The notes beneath the pieces are model-generated. The model saw nothing but the letters and a program-made list of their open reading frames with translations, was not told the origin of the DNA and did no database searches. Source: Candidatus Latescibacterota bacterium (GTDB lineage Bacteria; Latescibacterota; UBA2968; GCA-2709665). Taken from it: a DNA stretch of 64,000 nt. The position numbers and the translations under genes were made by a program. Positions 45,826-56,099 of this stretch are shown in pieces. Position 1 is the stretch's first letter. Every line of letters starts with the position of its first letter. The stretch is from assembly GCA_965208835.1 (NCBI GenBank), contig OZ242358.1, positions 3,072,001 to 3,136,000 of the forward strand. The letters run 5' to 3'.

Positions 45826-46563
45826 ATGCGGGTCGATCCACGGAAACTGCAGGAACTGCAATGCTTCATGGAAGCGCTCGAACCCGGCGGTCCGCCGAGG
45901 GCGGCCTTTTTACGGAGAGCGGCGAAGGGTCTCGACCGGTCCGGTGGCAACCTGGTTGTGATGGATGCTTCCTTCAACCCGATGACCGTTGCACACGAAG
46001 CCATGCTGAAACGGGCGGCAGAAACCTGCGGGGCCGCCGAAGCTCTGCTGTTGCTGTCTCACGCAAACGTGGACAAGGCCATCTACGGGGTGCCGCTGGC
46101 GCAGCGCCTGGCCATGCTCGAACACTACGCCGGACCGTATCCAAACGTTTCCGTCGCCGGTTGCAGCCACGCCAGATTCGTGGATAAAGCCAGTGCCCTT
46201 CGCCCGCTCTATCCGAAATCGACCGGACTGTTCTTCGTCGTCGGCTACGATACGCTTTTGAGGCTGTTCGACCGCAGGTACTATACGAACATGCCGAATG
46301 AGCTGTCCGCACTCTTTGACGTCGCCCACATCGTGGCCGCCAACCGCGACAATATCGACCCGAATGCCATACGGAGACTGAAGACCGGATCGGAATATGC
46401 CGCCTTTGCAGACCGAATCCATTTTATCGCGCTTGAACGCGTTTATTCGCGCATTTCCTCCACGGCAGTCAGGACACTTAAGGAAAAAGGCAACTACATC
46501 GGCCACCTCGTACCGTCCCGGATCGCGGACGCCATCGCCGCGTTGGACCTGTATCGCGCGTGA
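45826..46563 (+). CDS. Nicotinate/nicotinamide nucleotide adenylyltransferase-like (NadD/Pof1-type)
   Basis: DASFNPMTVAH, NVDK, ARFVDK, VGYDTLLRLFD..YY, ISSTAVR. Confidence 0.85.
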   Translation: MRVDPRKLQELQCFMEALEPGGPPRAAFLRRAAKGLDRSGGNLVVMDASFNPMTVAHEAMLKRAAETCGAAEALLLLSHANVDKAIYGVPLAQRLAMLEHYAGPYPNVSVAGCSHARFVDKASALRPLYPKSTGLFFVVGYDTLLRLFDRRYYTNMPNELSALFDVAHIVAANRDNIDPNAIRRLKTGSEYAAFADRIHFIALERVYSRISSTAVRTLKEKGNYIGHLVPSRIADAIAALDLYRA

Positions 46564-46669
46564 CGGCGCAAAGGGCTTTCCTCGGCGGAGACGGACGCCC
46601 TTCCCGGACCGGTTATGCCTGTAAACTGTTGACTGATAGAAACCCTCGAAAGTTCCATTGGAGGCGTGC

Positions 46670-48301
46670 ATGAACGGTGCGGACCTGCTGGTGGCGGAAC
46701 TTCAGAAGAAAGGCGTCGGCTTCGTCGCAACCCTCTGCGGGCATGGCCTGGACGACCTGGACGACGCCTGTGACCGGGCGGGAATGCGGCTTGTGGACGT
46801 GCGCAACGAACAGACCGCGGGATATATCGCCGAAGCCGTCGGACGTCTCAGCCGCACCGTGGGCGTATGCGCTGTAAGCAGCGGCGTGGCGCACGTGAAC
46901 GCACTCACCGGGGTCTGCAACGCGTATTTCGACGGCGCCCCGATGCTCCTAATCACCGGAAGCGGACCATCGGGCACGGCGGGACTCGGTCATTTTCAGG
47001 ACCTGGACCAGGTCGCCATCGCGGCGCCCCTTTGCAAATACGCGGAGACCATCCACCGTCCGGAGCGAATCCCGCAGATGCTGCACGATGCCTTCGAAGC
47101 CGCGACGTCGGGCAGGCCCGGACCCGTACACCTGACGGTCCCCCAGGACGTCCTCTGCGCCGAGATTCATACCGACGCCATCATCCGCGTTCACGCCGCC
47201 GGCCATCCCGCGCCCACCATCGCCGCGGGGCATCCTGGAGAAATCGACCGCATCGCCGACCTGATTTCACAGGCGGCCCGCCCGCTTCTGGTGGCCGGCG
47301 GCGGTACACACTACGCGGACGGCGGCGCGGCGGTGACCGAGTTCACCCGAACCCTTGGCGTTCCCGTGGTGGTGCCGATCTGGGACCGGGGCGCTATCAT
47401 TCAACCCATCGAGACCTTTATGGGCGTGGTCGGCGCGGCAAGCGGCGGTCCCCGCCTCCTGCCGGATGCAGACCTGGTTCTGCTGGCCGGCGCGGTCTGC
47501 GATTACCGGGTCGGCTACCTTCAGCCGCCCGCCGTGCACCCCGATGCAACCATCGTGCGCATCCACGCGGATGCCTTTCATCTCAACCAGGGCGCGGGCG
47601 CCCACGTTCGCGTGGCGGCCGATCCGGGTTCCGCGCTCACCCAGTTGACCGAGGCCGCAAAATCACGAGAAATCCTGCCCGGGACGGCCTGGCTGGAGGA
47701 AGCCGCCGGGCGCCGGGACGCGTTTCGCCGGCGGTGTCTGGCCGCACGCAAGGGAAACGGCCTGCACGCGCTGGATATCATCCACGCCGTACAGGCCGTC
47801 CTGACCGACGACACGATTGTCATCATCGACGGAGGCAATATCGGTCAGTGGGCCCACCAGGCCCTCTGCGACAGGTATCCGGGCCACTGGCTCACCTGCG
47901 GCGCCAGCGGCGTTGTCGGCTACGGTATTCCGGCTGCGATGGCCGCGCGCCTCCTGTATCCGGACCGGCACGTCATCCTCATTTCCGGCGACGGCGCGCT
48001 GACGTTCACGGTTGCCGAACTCGAAGCCGCCGCCAGGCAGGGCCTGCCCTTTGTGGTTCTGCTCGCCGACGACGAAGCGTGGGGCATCACACTCACGGGG
48101 CACGAGGCGCGTTACGGCCGCGGGATTACCTCGGAACTGGGTCCGATCGACTACCCGGGGATGGCGGAAGCCTTTGGCGCCAGTGGCGTTCGCATTGAAC
48201 GCGCCGGCCAGATCCTGCCCGCGTTGAGGGACGGCCTGGACGCGGAACAACCCACGCTCATTCACGTGCCGGTGGCCCGGAGCAGCCCCGCCGACGAATA
48301 G
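46670..48301 (+). CDS. Thiamine pyrophosphate-binding enzyme (acetolactate synthase-like)
   Basis: VRNEQTA, FQDLDQ, GRPGPVHL, TPP motif GDGAL. Confidence 0.92.
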   Translation: MNGADLLVAELQKKGVGFVATLCGHGLDDLDDACDRAGMRLVDVRNEQTAGYIAEAVGRLSRTVGVCAVSSGVAHVNALTGVCNAYFDGAPMLLITGSGPSGTAGLGHFQDLDQVAIAAPLCKYAETIHRPERIPQMLHDAFEAATSGRPGPVHLTVPQDVLCAEIHTDAIIRVHAAGHPAPTIAAGHPGEIDRIADLISQAARPLLVAGGGTHYADGGAAVTEFTRTLGVPVVVPIWDRGAIIQPIETFMGVVGAASGGPRLLPDADLVLLAGAVCDYRVGYLQPPAVHPDATIVRIHADAFHLNQGAGAHVRVAADPGSALTQLTEAAKSREILPGTAWLEEAAGRRDAFRRRCLAARKGNGLHALDIIHAVQAVLTDDTIVIIDGGNIGQWAHQALCDRYPGHWLTCGASGVVGYGIPAAMAARLLYPDRHVILISGDGALTFTVAELEAAARQGLPFVVLLADDEAWGITLTGHEARYGRGITSELGPIDYPGMAEAFGASGVRIERAGQILPALRDGLDAEQPTLIHVPVARSSPADE

Positions 48302-48363
48302 CCGCCGCCGTCGGTTGGAAGGCAAGCCGCTGCATCTGCAGTCGGATTTCGAGGGCTTCGGTC

Positions 48364-50472
48364 CTACATGACGCCGTACCAGCCGTACTGTTCTTCGGGA
48401 ACGAGCACGAAATTGGACCGCGCCGCGGGATACCAGGTAGCCGGATTCCGCTCCCGATGTTCGTCCACGGCCCGCACTTCCACAAAGTACATCCGGTTGG
48501 CCTCCGGCACCTTCCAGACTATCGACGTGTCCCCCGTCGTTTCCGCCATGACTTCCTCACGACACGCCCGATCCGAAAAAACCCGCACGTCGTACTCGAT
48601 CCTGCCGCCGCCCATCTTTATCGACCGAGCCCAGTTCAAACGGACCTCCCGCCGGCCAACCCGCTGCGCCGGCAGAGGAAGTGGAAACGTGGGGGGATGC
48701 GCCTTTTCAGCCCCCAGATAGTACGAGTAATACGGCTCCGACCCCCAGATGCCGAATACGTATCCCAGAATCCAGAACCCGTCTTCGCTCTCGAGCAATT
48801 CGGGATCGTACGCGAAACACTCCTGGGCGAAGCCATCGGCGAAATAGACATCCGCCTTCAGTTCGGCCACGGACAACACGCGTCCTCCCTTGTGCGGCTG
48901 ATTGACGCCGAAAAACAGCGCGTCGACGATATGATCGCTACCGTCGTACGTGGCCTCCGCAACAACGTGGTGGGAGAGACCCACTGTGCGGACGGGAATG
49001 CCCACCGCTTTAAGAATCGCCACCGTGACCCCAACGCCCTGCCCGCATCGCGCATCGTGTCCCTCCAGTATGGCCACCGGGTCCTGTGTCTCCGGAATCT
49101 GGACGGGATTGTAGTAAAGCGCCCGATTCACGTACCCCGCAACCGCTTTGACCGCCTCCGCGTCCGAAGTCACCCCGCTTGTAATGGTCTCCGCAAGGTG
49201 CCCGAGGTACTCCGACCGATCGGTCCTGGCGGCACGGCGGATCAGTTCGGCCTCCATGCCGGGCGGATATTCCGTTGCGGGACCCTCCATATTCACGATG
49301 GGGGGCGTCCATGGCATATGCGGCAGAAAAAGCGACCTCTCCGCACTGTACGTGCGGCGGTACCGGTTCAGGTGCGCTCCTTTGTCGAATGTCGTGTCAG
49401 GGGTGTTGAAACCCGGTTCCTGCTCTGCCGGTTCGCTCTGCAGAACAATCCAGGACCCGTGAATCTCACCCAGTTCCCCGGGTTGAGCATAAGGTATGGT
49501 CGTGCCCGTAATGGCGAACCGCTCGCCGTCCGTCCAGTGATAGCACAGCAGCGGGACACCGTCCGGCTGCTCCGGCGAGATCAGGTAGTCGAAGGTCCCC
49601 GCATCCGGGTCGAATACCAGAAAGCGGTCCAGGAACCGAGGCGGATTTCCATCTATCGTCAGCGGGCCGTCCGGGATGACAATCCGGCCTGTCTCCGGGT
49701 CCAGCCGGCTCGGATGCATATACGTGCTCAGGCAGATGTACGCGCGCCCCCGATAACCGAACCCTGCCCCCATGAATCCGTAGATCTCTCCGTGATCCGG
49801 GGTCGCAATCGGCTCTTCCCAGCGGCCGCGATCCGGTTCCAGAGGCAGGACCCGGCCCTCTGCCGTATCCCACAGATAGAGCATGCCGCGATGCATTAGG
49901 TGCCCCGCCAGGGCGGCCTCCGGGTAGGGGCCTGGACGCTCGTCCAGGAATTCTTCGGTGCGGGGATCAAACCGGATGATCCGGGAAGGGTCGCACACCG
50001 GCGAGTAGACGATCCCGTCAACGGACCAGCCGCCTGCAAGCTGGCCGTCGAACGGACAGTCCACCGCACGCGGTTCGGCCAGCGGATGGTCCAGAACCAG
50101 AACACGGGATTGCGAACGTTCGAATAGCAGCACCTTTCCGCACGGCGTCTTGAGGCCGTACCAGACGATGGGCCGGGCCCCCGGGATTGTTCGTCTTTCA
50201 CAGGTGCGCCGCACGGGGTCGAAAACCAGGTAGTACGGCGCGTCTCCCAGGGTGAGTACCAGCTTTTCTTCCCAGGAGATGGCCTGTATGATCGTTCGAC
50301 CCGCCATGTCGGGCACCGGAATCTGAACCGTCTCCGCCGTACGTAAATTATGACCTGTCAATCGGTTGCGTCCACAACCTTCCCACAGCCAATCCGATCC
50401 GTCAACGTCAATTCCGAACGGCCTTCCTGTTTGAATCTCGTCGTGCCTGTACATCCACACCTGATTTTCCAT
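48364..50472 (-). CDS. Beta-propeller + transglutaminase-like + FN3-like protein
   Basis: N-terminal beta repeats; triad-like ARCGQ...HHVVAEA...IVDA; C-terminal LNW...YDV...YFVEVRAVD. Confidence 0.65.
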   Translation of the reverse strand: MENQVWMYRHDEIQTGRPFGIDVDGSDWLWEGCGRNRLTGHNLRTAETVQIPVPDMAGRTIIQAISWEEKLVLTLGDAPYYLVFDPVRRTCERRTIPGARPIVWYGLKTPCGKVLLFERSQSRVLVLDHPLAEPRAVDCPFDGQLAGGWSVDGIVYSPVCDPSRIIRFDPRTEEFLDERPGPYPEAALAGHLMHRGMLYLWDTAEGRVLPLEPDRGRWEEPIATPDHGEIYGFMGAGFGYRGRAYICLSTYMHPSRLDPETGRIVIPDGPLTIDGNPPRFLDRFLVFDPDAGTFDYLISPEQPDGVPLLCYHWTDGERFAITGTTIPYAQPGELGEIHGSWIVLQSEPAEQEPGFNTPDTTFDKGAHLNRYRRTYSAERSLFLPHMPWTPPIVNMEGPATEYPPGMEAELIRRAARTDRSEYLGHLAETITSGVTSDAEAVKAVAGYVNRALYYNPVQIPETQDPVAILEGHDARCGQGVGVTVAILKAVGIPVRTVGLSHHVVAEATYDGSDHIVDALFFGVNQPHKGGRVLSVAELKADVYFADGFAQECFAYDPELLESEDGFWILGYVFGIWGSEPYYSYYLGAEKAHPPTFPLPLPAQRVGRREVRLNWARSIKMGGGRIEYDVRVFSDRACREEVMAETTGDTSIVWKVPEANRMYFVEVRAVDEHRERNPATWYPAARSNFVLVPEEQYGWYGVM

Positions 50473-50549
50473 CTTATTTTCCTCGTTGGCGTCGGGTACC
50501 CTTTTGAAAAGCGGAATGTGCGCCTTCCCGCGGGACCCACCGGACTTGA

Positions 50550-50696
50550 CAGCCCGCTGAAAAAGCCCATCCGGGCTGCGGCCGGCCCTTGCGGTCGAAA
50601 TTCTGCGTTGCGCGCCCTCGCCGAATCGCAGGATGGGACTCGGTCGCGCGCCTTGTCTTCGTCTACAATGGTTCGAGCGACTCTATCAGCGGACTG
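50550..50696. mobile_element. MITE-like element, family C (single degenerate copy)
   Basis: Imperfect TIR CAGCCCGCTGAAAAAGCC / GACTCTATCAGCGGACTG; shares the GCGTTG...CGCCTTG core with families A and B. Confidence 0.6.
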
Positions 50697-50705
50697 ATAA
50701 ACCGA

Positions 50706-50733
50706 TTGACAAATCAAAAGTACTCACTAACTT
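50706..50733 (+). promoter_or_regulatory. Putative sigma70 promoter
   Basis: TTGACA-16 bp-TAACTT in an AT-rich gap between two MITEs. Confidence 0.4.
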
Positions 50734-50767
50734 ATGCCGATGTTGCGAATTGCGTCAACTTCCGCTC

Positions 50768-50931
50768 GTGTTCTGTCCCGGAAATAAGTTGCCTGAATTC
50801 GACCGCCGAGTCGCTCGGCTCGCAAGGCGCCTGAGCGCAGGCGACCTGCGTAAGGTCGGCGAGCGAGGGGAACGTAGCGAGACGGGATGAATCAGCGGTC
50901 GAATGGTGAGGAATTTTCGGGACAGGACACT
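50768..50931. mobile_element. MITE-like element, family B, copy 2
   Basis: TIR GTGTTCTGTCCCGGAAA...TTTTCGGGACAGGACAC; reverse-complement homolog of 7391-7547. Confidence 0.8.
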
Positions 50932-50964
50932 AGACGCTGACATCTCACATCAGCGAGGCTCCCT

Positions 50965-51657
50965 ATGGGTGTGATTACCGTCTCAAGAGAATATGGCAGC
51001 GACGGTCGATCGGTCGCTCAGAACGCAGCTGATCTGTTGGGTTATCTCTGCATGAACAAAGACCTGCTGGTGGAAGTGGCCAACGAAGCCCAGGTCCCGG
51101 TCTCAGAAGCCGAACGCTTCGACGAGCGGCCCGAACATCCCGCCATGCGTGTGCTACGAAAGTTCCTCACACCGGGGCATCCGGAAGCCATCACCGGCCT
51201 TTCGGAGTACGAATGGTGGGCGACCGCCACGGTGCCCGAGCTGACGGGACGAAGCGATACCGGTCTGCCCTTTCCGGACGAGGAGGCCTTCGTCAATATT
51301 ACGCGTGAAGTCATAACCCGTCTTGCCGATCGGGACAACGTGATCCTGGTGGGCCGGGGCGGGCAGATGCTGCTGAGAGATCGGCCGGACACGCTGCACC
51401 TGCGGGTGGTCGCCCCGTTCGATTATCGGATTCAGGTGGTTATGGAACGGGATGACCTGGAATCCGACGCTGCTGCGAAACGCATCCGCAAGATGGACGA
51501 ATACCGGAAACGCTATCTCAAGCGACACTACGGAATCGCGTGGAATGCCTCCGAGAACTACCACCTGACGCTGAATACCAGACAGACCGGTATCGATGGC
51601 GCCGCCAGTATCGTCGCCGAAGCCATGCGGTATACGATGAAGGCGAGACGAAACTGA
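50965..51657 (+). CDS. Cytidylate kinase-like family protein
   Basis: VITVSREYGSDG, VILVGRGG, D..RKRY, YHLTLNT. Confidence 0.9.
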   Translation: MGVITVSREYGSDGRSVAQNAADLLGYLCMNKDLLVEVANEAQVPVSEAERFDERPEHPAMRVLRKFLTPGHPEAITGLSEYEWWATATVPELTGRSDTGLPFPDEEAFVNITREVITRLADRDNVILVGRGGQMLLRDRPDTLHLRVVAPFDYRIQVVMERDDLESDAAAKRIRKMDEYRKRYLKRHYGIAWNASENYHLTLNTRQTGIDGAASIVAEAMRYTMKARRN

Positions 51658-51690
51658 CGGCACGCGGTCGGGACGCACCGCAGTACGCAC

Positions 51691-51723
51691 AAAGATGCCC
51701 CGGGGATCCCTCCGGGGCGTTTT
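51691..51723. terminator. Probable bidirectional intrinsic terminator
   Basis: AAAGATGCCCCGG...CCGGGGCGTTTT between convergent genes. Confidence 0.7.
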
Positions 51724-51746
51724 GCTGTCTGTTCTACTCCGGTCGT

Positions 51747-52187
51747 CTATTCTGCTTCTTTGAGCATATCCACCAGCATGTCCAGCGCCGCGATATATCC
51801 CCTCCACTTGAATCCGGCAACCTGCCCCACCACGATCGCCGAAAAGCAGGATTGACTCCGGAAGGCTTCTCTCGCGTGGATATTGGACAGATGCACCTCC
51901 ACCGTCGGCAGCCGGCTGTCTTCGACGGCGTCCCGCAGCGAGTAGCCGAACCCCGTGAGCCCGCCCGGATTGACGATGATACCCTTGACGCGGTCCCGTG
52001 CCTCGTGGACCTTGTCGACGAGAGCGCCTTCGTGATTGGACTGCAGAAATTCCAGCTCGCAGCCCAACGCGCGCGCGCGTTCCTCGAGCCTGGCGTGGAT
52101 CTCGTCCATCGTAACAAGCCCGTAGTGGTCCGCCTTCCGCTTCCCGAGCATATTCAGGTTGGGTCCCTGGAGCACGAGTATTTTCAT
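51747..52187 (-). CDS. aroQ: Type II 3-dehydroquinate dehydratase
   Basis: GPNLNMLG.R..HYG, QSNHEG, NPGG, VEVHLSNIHARE.FR. Confidence 0.96.
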   Translation of the reverse strand: MKILVLQGPNLNMLGKRKADHYGLVTMDEIHARLEERARALGCELEFLQSNHEGALVDKVHEARDRVKGIIVNPGGLTGFGYSLRDAVEDSRLPTVEVHLSNIHAREAFRSQSCFSAIVVGQVAGFKWRGYIAALDMLVDMLKEAE

Positions 52188-52308
52188 GTCGTCTTCTCCG
52201 TTTCCAGACCGAAACGCCGCTTCTTCGTGTACGTTCGCCGTTCACGGAACAGAGACCGCCAGACCGTCCCCGCCGCAAAGGACGCCGTCAATTCAGAATC
52301 CGTTTCGA

Positions 52309-53388
52309 CTAGAGATATCCCGCGCGGTCATCCCGCAATGCCGCGACCACGTCTCTCACGCGCTGCGCCCGGTCGCGCCGACAGATCAGCAGCGCGTCGG
52401 GCGTATCGACGACGACCAGACCCTCCACGTCCGCAAGGGCGATCAGCTTACCCTCGACGCCGTAGACCGTGTTGTCCCGCGAATTCAGATTCAACACCTC
52501 GCCGGAGACCAGATTGCCATGCGAGTCCACGGGAAGGATGTCCGTCAGGGCGCCCCAACTGCCGATATCGCTCCATTCGATATCCGCTTCCAGGGTGGCC
52601 ACTTCAGGCGCTCGTTCAATAATGGCATTGTCAATGGCCACCTCGGCCATCCGGGGATATTCCCGCTCTATGACCACCCGTTCCGACCCGGTGCCCACCG
52701 CTGCCTGTATGCGCATCAGAATACGGTGGAGTTCCGGCTCGAACTGCTCGAATAACGCCAAGACCGTACGCGCCTTCCAGACGAACATGTTGCTGTTCCA
52801 GAGATAGTCGCCGCTCTCCACGTACCGCTTCGCGGTTTGCTCATCGGGTTTTTCCCTGAACCGCGCGACGCTGTACACCGGCTCTCCGTTTATCCGCCTG
52901 GCAACGCTGCCCTTCTGGATGTAGCCGTACCCCGTTTCCACGCGGGTGGGTTTCACTCCAAGTGTAAAAAGGGCTTCGGGATCCTCCTCCGCGGCTTCTC
53001 CGGCCACACGGAGCAGCCGGCAGAATTCATCCGGTTTGCCGATATGGTGGTCGGAACCCAGGCTCGCTACCGTGCATCCGGGGTACCGGCTTTCGAGCAG
53101 CACGCATTCGAGCCCCACGGCCGGTCCGGTATTGCGCAGCGCCGGCTCGACGATCAGTCCGGTCCCGGGCAGTTCCGGGAGCTGTTCCCGAACCAGCGCG
53201 ACCAGTTCGCTACCCGTAGAAACGTGGAGGTCGCGAACGCCTGCCAGCGGCTGGATCCGGTCCACGGCCTCCTGCAGCATGGTGCGTTCACCCACCATCC
53301 TGTGGAACTGCTTTGGCCGCGTCGTACGGCTGTAAGGCCAAAGGCGGGTACCGAAACCGCCGGCCCGAATGACAACTTTCATTTTCAT
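52309..53388 (-). CDS. Mannose-1-phosphate guanylyltransferase
   Basis: AGGFGTRLWPYSR...PKQF, EP..RNT, ETGYGYI, FREKP, WSDIGSW. Confidence 0.93.
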   Translation of the reverse strand: MKMKVVIRAGGFGTRLWPYSRTTRPKQFHRMVGERTMLQEAVDRIQPLAGVRDLHVSTGSELVALVREQLPELPGTGLIVEPALRNTGPAVGLECVLLESRYPGCTVASLGSDHHIGKPDEFCRLLRVAGEAAEEDPEALFTLGVKPTRVETGYGYIQKGSVARRINGEPVYSVARFREKPDEQTAKRYVESGDYLWNSNMFVWKARTVLALFEQFEPELHRILMRIQAAVGTGSERVVIEREYPRMAEVAIDNAIIERAPEVATLEADIEWSDIGSWGALTDILPVDSHGNLVSGEVLNLNSRDNTVYGVEGKLIALADVEGLVVVDTPDALLICRRDRAQRVRDVVAALRDDRAGYL

Positions 53389-53912
53389 TCCCGCGTTCCC
53401 GGCGAAAACTCCGGAACAGGGCGATTCACCCTCACTGCACGGATGGTGCCGCCGCACGCCGCGTCTTCCACCGCGAGATACAGGCCCGAGAATGCGGATT
53501 CCTCCGCATTCAGGGCCAGATCCAGCGAATATCGGGCGTTTTCAACAAGGTCCAGGTCATCCACGCGATCCAGCTCGACCCACTTCAGCCGGCCTTCGTT
53601 ACACTCAGGCATCGACTCACGGTGGGTATGCCCCGAGAAGAACACCACGGTTGTGACGTCGCCGTCTTCAATCCGGGTCAATACGACGCGGATCTCGAGA
53701 TTCCGGACATCCTCCGCCGGGATGCCGGCTTCCTCGCTCAACTCGCGGAGTGCCGCCGTTTCCAGATCCGACATCTCGCCAGGTTCCACCCGGCCCCCGA
53801 CCCCTGTCCAGCGGCCGGGCGCAAACCTCTTGCGGGACGAACGCTCGAGTAACAAAACACGGTTTTTCCGGAACAGAAAAACCGTCACGTAGACATTCAG
53901 ACCCGCACCCAC
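53385..53912 (-). CDS. NUDIX hydrolase
   Basis: GGRVEPGE....AALRELSEEAG. Confidence 0.9.
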   Translation of the reverse strand: MGAGLNVYVTVFLFRKNRVLLLERSSRKRFAPGRWTGVGGRVEPGEMSDLETAALRELSEEAGIPAEDVRNLEIRVVLTRIEDGDVTTVVFFSGHTHRESMPECNEGRLKWVELDRVDDLDLVENARYSLDLALNAEESAFSGLYLAVEDAACGGTIRAVRVNRPVPEFSPGTRE

Positions 53913-53968
53913 TTCAGCCTCTCACGAGTTCGCCGGCCGGAGATAGGAACGTCAGGCCTCACATGATG

Positions 53969-54844
53969 TCAAACCCGCACCTTCGCACCGGATTGCGAGT
54001 TCAACAAAAGTGAATACAGGCTGGCCAGCGTTTTCCGCATTTCGTTGCGCGGCACGATCATGTCGACAAATCCGTGCTCAAGGACCTTTTCGGCGCGTTG
54101 GGCGCGACGGAGCGCCTCCAGCTCCTCCTCGCCCACGGAACTGCCGGTAATCCGCTCGCCCGTAAAGCCGATCAGCGCGTTGGGCTCCGCGATATTGATA
54201 TCGCCGATCAGGGCATAACTGGCGGACACACCGGCCGTTGTGGGATCCGTAAGGATGGAGACGAACAGCAGCCCCTCGTCGGCAAACCGCGCGAGCCTGG
54301 CGTTGATCTTGGCGAGTTGCATCAGCGAGAGCGCGCTTTCCTGCATCCGGGCGCCCCCCGATCGGCAAATCAGGAGAAGCGGAAGACGCTCCGAGACACA
54401 CCGATCGATCAGCCGGCAAAACCGCTCGCCCTCCGCCGAAGACAGCGTACCCATGATGAACGCGGGTTCGTGAATCCCCACACCGATGCGCCGACCATCG
54501 ATCCTTCCGATGCCCACGCTGACCGCCGCGTCCAGGCCCGTGGCCTTGCGACCCTCCCGGATCCGGTCGGCATACCGCTTGCGATCTTCGAAATTCAGCG
54601 GATCGGCGGACTTCACCTCCGTGGCAATCTCCTGGAAGGAGCCTTCATCCAGGATATGGTCCAGATACTCCCTGTATCCAATCCTGAAGTGCGCGCCGCA
54701 GTGGGGACAGATCCCGAACGCCTGCCGTAACTGCTTACTGTAAAGCGTCTGATGGCAACGTTCGCACTTGATCCACAGATTGTCGGGCATCGTCCGCCGC
54801 ACAAGCGTCTGAATACCGGACTTCAAACGATCAAACCAATTCAC
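53969..54844 (-). CDS. accD: Acetyl-CoA carboxylase carboxyltransferase beta subunit
   Basis: LWIKCERC...CPHC zinc finger, SGGARMQE, DPTTAGVSAS, AEPNALIGFTG, HGFVDMIV. Confidence 0.95.
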   Translation of the reverse strand: MNWFDRLKSGIQTLVRRTMPDNLWIKCERCHQTLYSKQLRQAFGICPHCGAHFRIGYREYLDHILDEGSFQEIATEVKSADPLNFEDRKRYADRIREGRKATGLDAAVSVGIGRIDGRRIGVGIHEPAFIMGTLSSAEGERFCRLIDRCVSERLPLLLICRSGGARMQESALSLMQLAKINARLARFADEGLLFVSILTDPTTAGVSASYALIGDINIAEPNALIGFTGERITGSSVGEEELEALRRAQRAEKVLEHGFVDMIVPRNEMRKTLASLYSLLLNSQSGAKVRV

Positions 54845-55214
54845 GATAACGTTCCCTTTAATATCCGTTGCGACTCCCTCACTTCGTACCGCCCGAACCG
54901 GCTGAGGCGGAACGCGAAATATACCCCCGTCGACGGAATGACACAAGAAAATTAATACATAGCAAGCATTTAGACAGATCCCTCGCCCCGATCTGCGTTT
55001 TCTTACAGGCGCGGATGATGTCCGATTTTACCCTTCTTCACTCCCAGCGTTCACAGCTCGGTCATATAGATTTTCTGTTGACTTGCTTTCGCGAATCTTA
55101 TAGTTTTCCCATCGTCACTCACCGATTGACGTCGCTGAGTCACCGTCCGTTCGGGCGCCCGAAATCTCCTTCACTTCAGGGATATCACATCCACGCCGGA
55201 TTGGAAGCCATCCC

Positions 55215-56099
55215 GTGCTGACAGAAAGCCTGAAGGTCTTTTGTGACCTCATAGAAACCCAGAGCTTCTCCAAGACCGCCCTGCTCAACGACGTCAGCCA
55301 ATCGGCTGTGAGCCAGCAGCTCAAGAGCATCGAGAGGCGACAGGGCCGTCAATTGGTACAGCGGGAGAAGAGACGGCTTTCCCTTACTGCGGAAGGCGAA
55401 ATCTTCTACGGCTATGCACGGGAGATCGTCCGGCGCTTCGATGAAATGCAGCACCGCTTGCAGGCATTGAGCGGCGAGGTTTCCGGCACCGTACGACTTT
55501 CCGCCATTTACAGCGTGGGCATGATGGAACTGGCCCCGTTTCTGAAAACGTACATCAAGACCCATCCCAGAGTCAATCTGCGATTGTCGTATGCTCAGGC
55601 AAGGAGTATCTACGACAATGTGGCAAGCGGCCAGATCGACCTGGGGGTCGTCGCATTTCCCCGCTCTCAGCGTAACGTCGACGCGGTCCCGTTTGCGGAA
55701 GACCGGATGGTGGTGATCTGCTCCGTGTCCAATCCGCTCGGCATGAAGACGCAGGTCAGCCCGGGTGAACTGGCCGAACAACCGCTGATCCTCTTCTCAC
55801 CGGAATTCCCTACGAGGACGGCCGTCGACCGATACTTCAGGAAACACGGCGTGACCCTCCGATCCGTCATGGAACTGGACCACATCGCGACCCTGATCCA
55901 CGCCGTGGAGGTCGATATCGGGATCTCCCTGGTGCCTTCATCCGCATTGCGACAGGGTCGATTCAAGGACACCCTCAGAGCGCTTCCGCTTCGCGGCAAG
56001 CCATTGATACGCACGCTGGGTGTCCTTCAGCGCAAGGGCCGCAGTCACTCCATGGCCACCCGGAAGCTGTATGAAACGCTTACACGCGCCAAACTGTAA
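55215..56099 (+). CDS. LysR family transcriptional regulator
   Basis: SFSKTA...SQSAVSQQLKSIE...LTAEG; 294 aa. Confidence 0.95.
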   Translation: MLTESLKVFCDLIETQSFSKTALLNDVSQSAVSQQLKSIERRQGRQLVQREKRRLSLTAEGEIFYGYAREIVRRFDEMQHRLQALSGEVSGTVRLSAIYSVGMMELAPFLKTYIKTHPRVNLRLSYAQARSIYDNVASGQIDLGVVAFPRSQRNVDAVPFAEDRMVVICSVSNPLGMKTQVSPGELAEQPLILFSPEFPTRTAVDRYFRKHGVTLRSVMELDHIATLIHAVEVDIGISLVPSSALRQGRFKDTLRALPLRGKPLIRTLGVLQRKGRSHSMATRKLYETLTRAKL

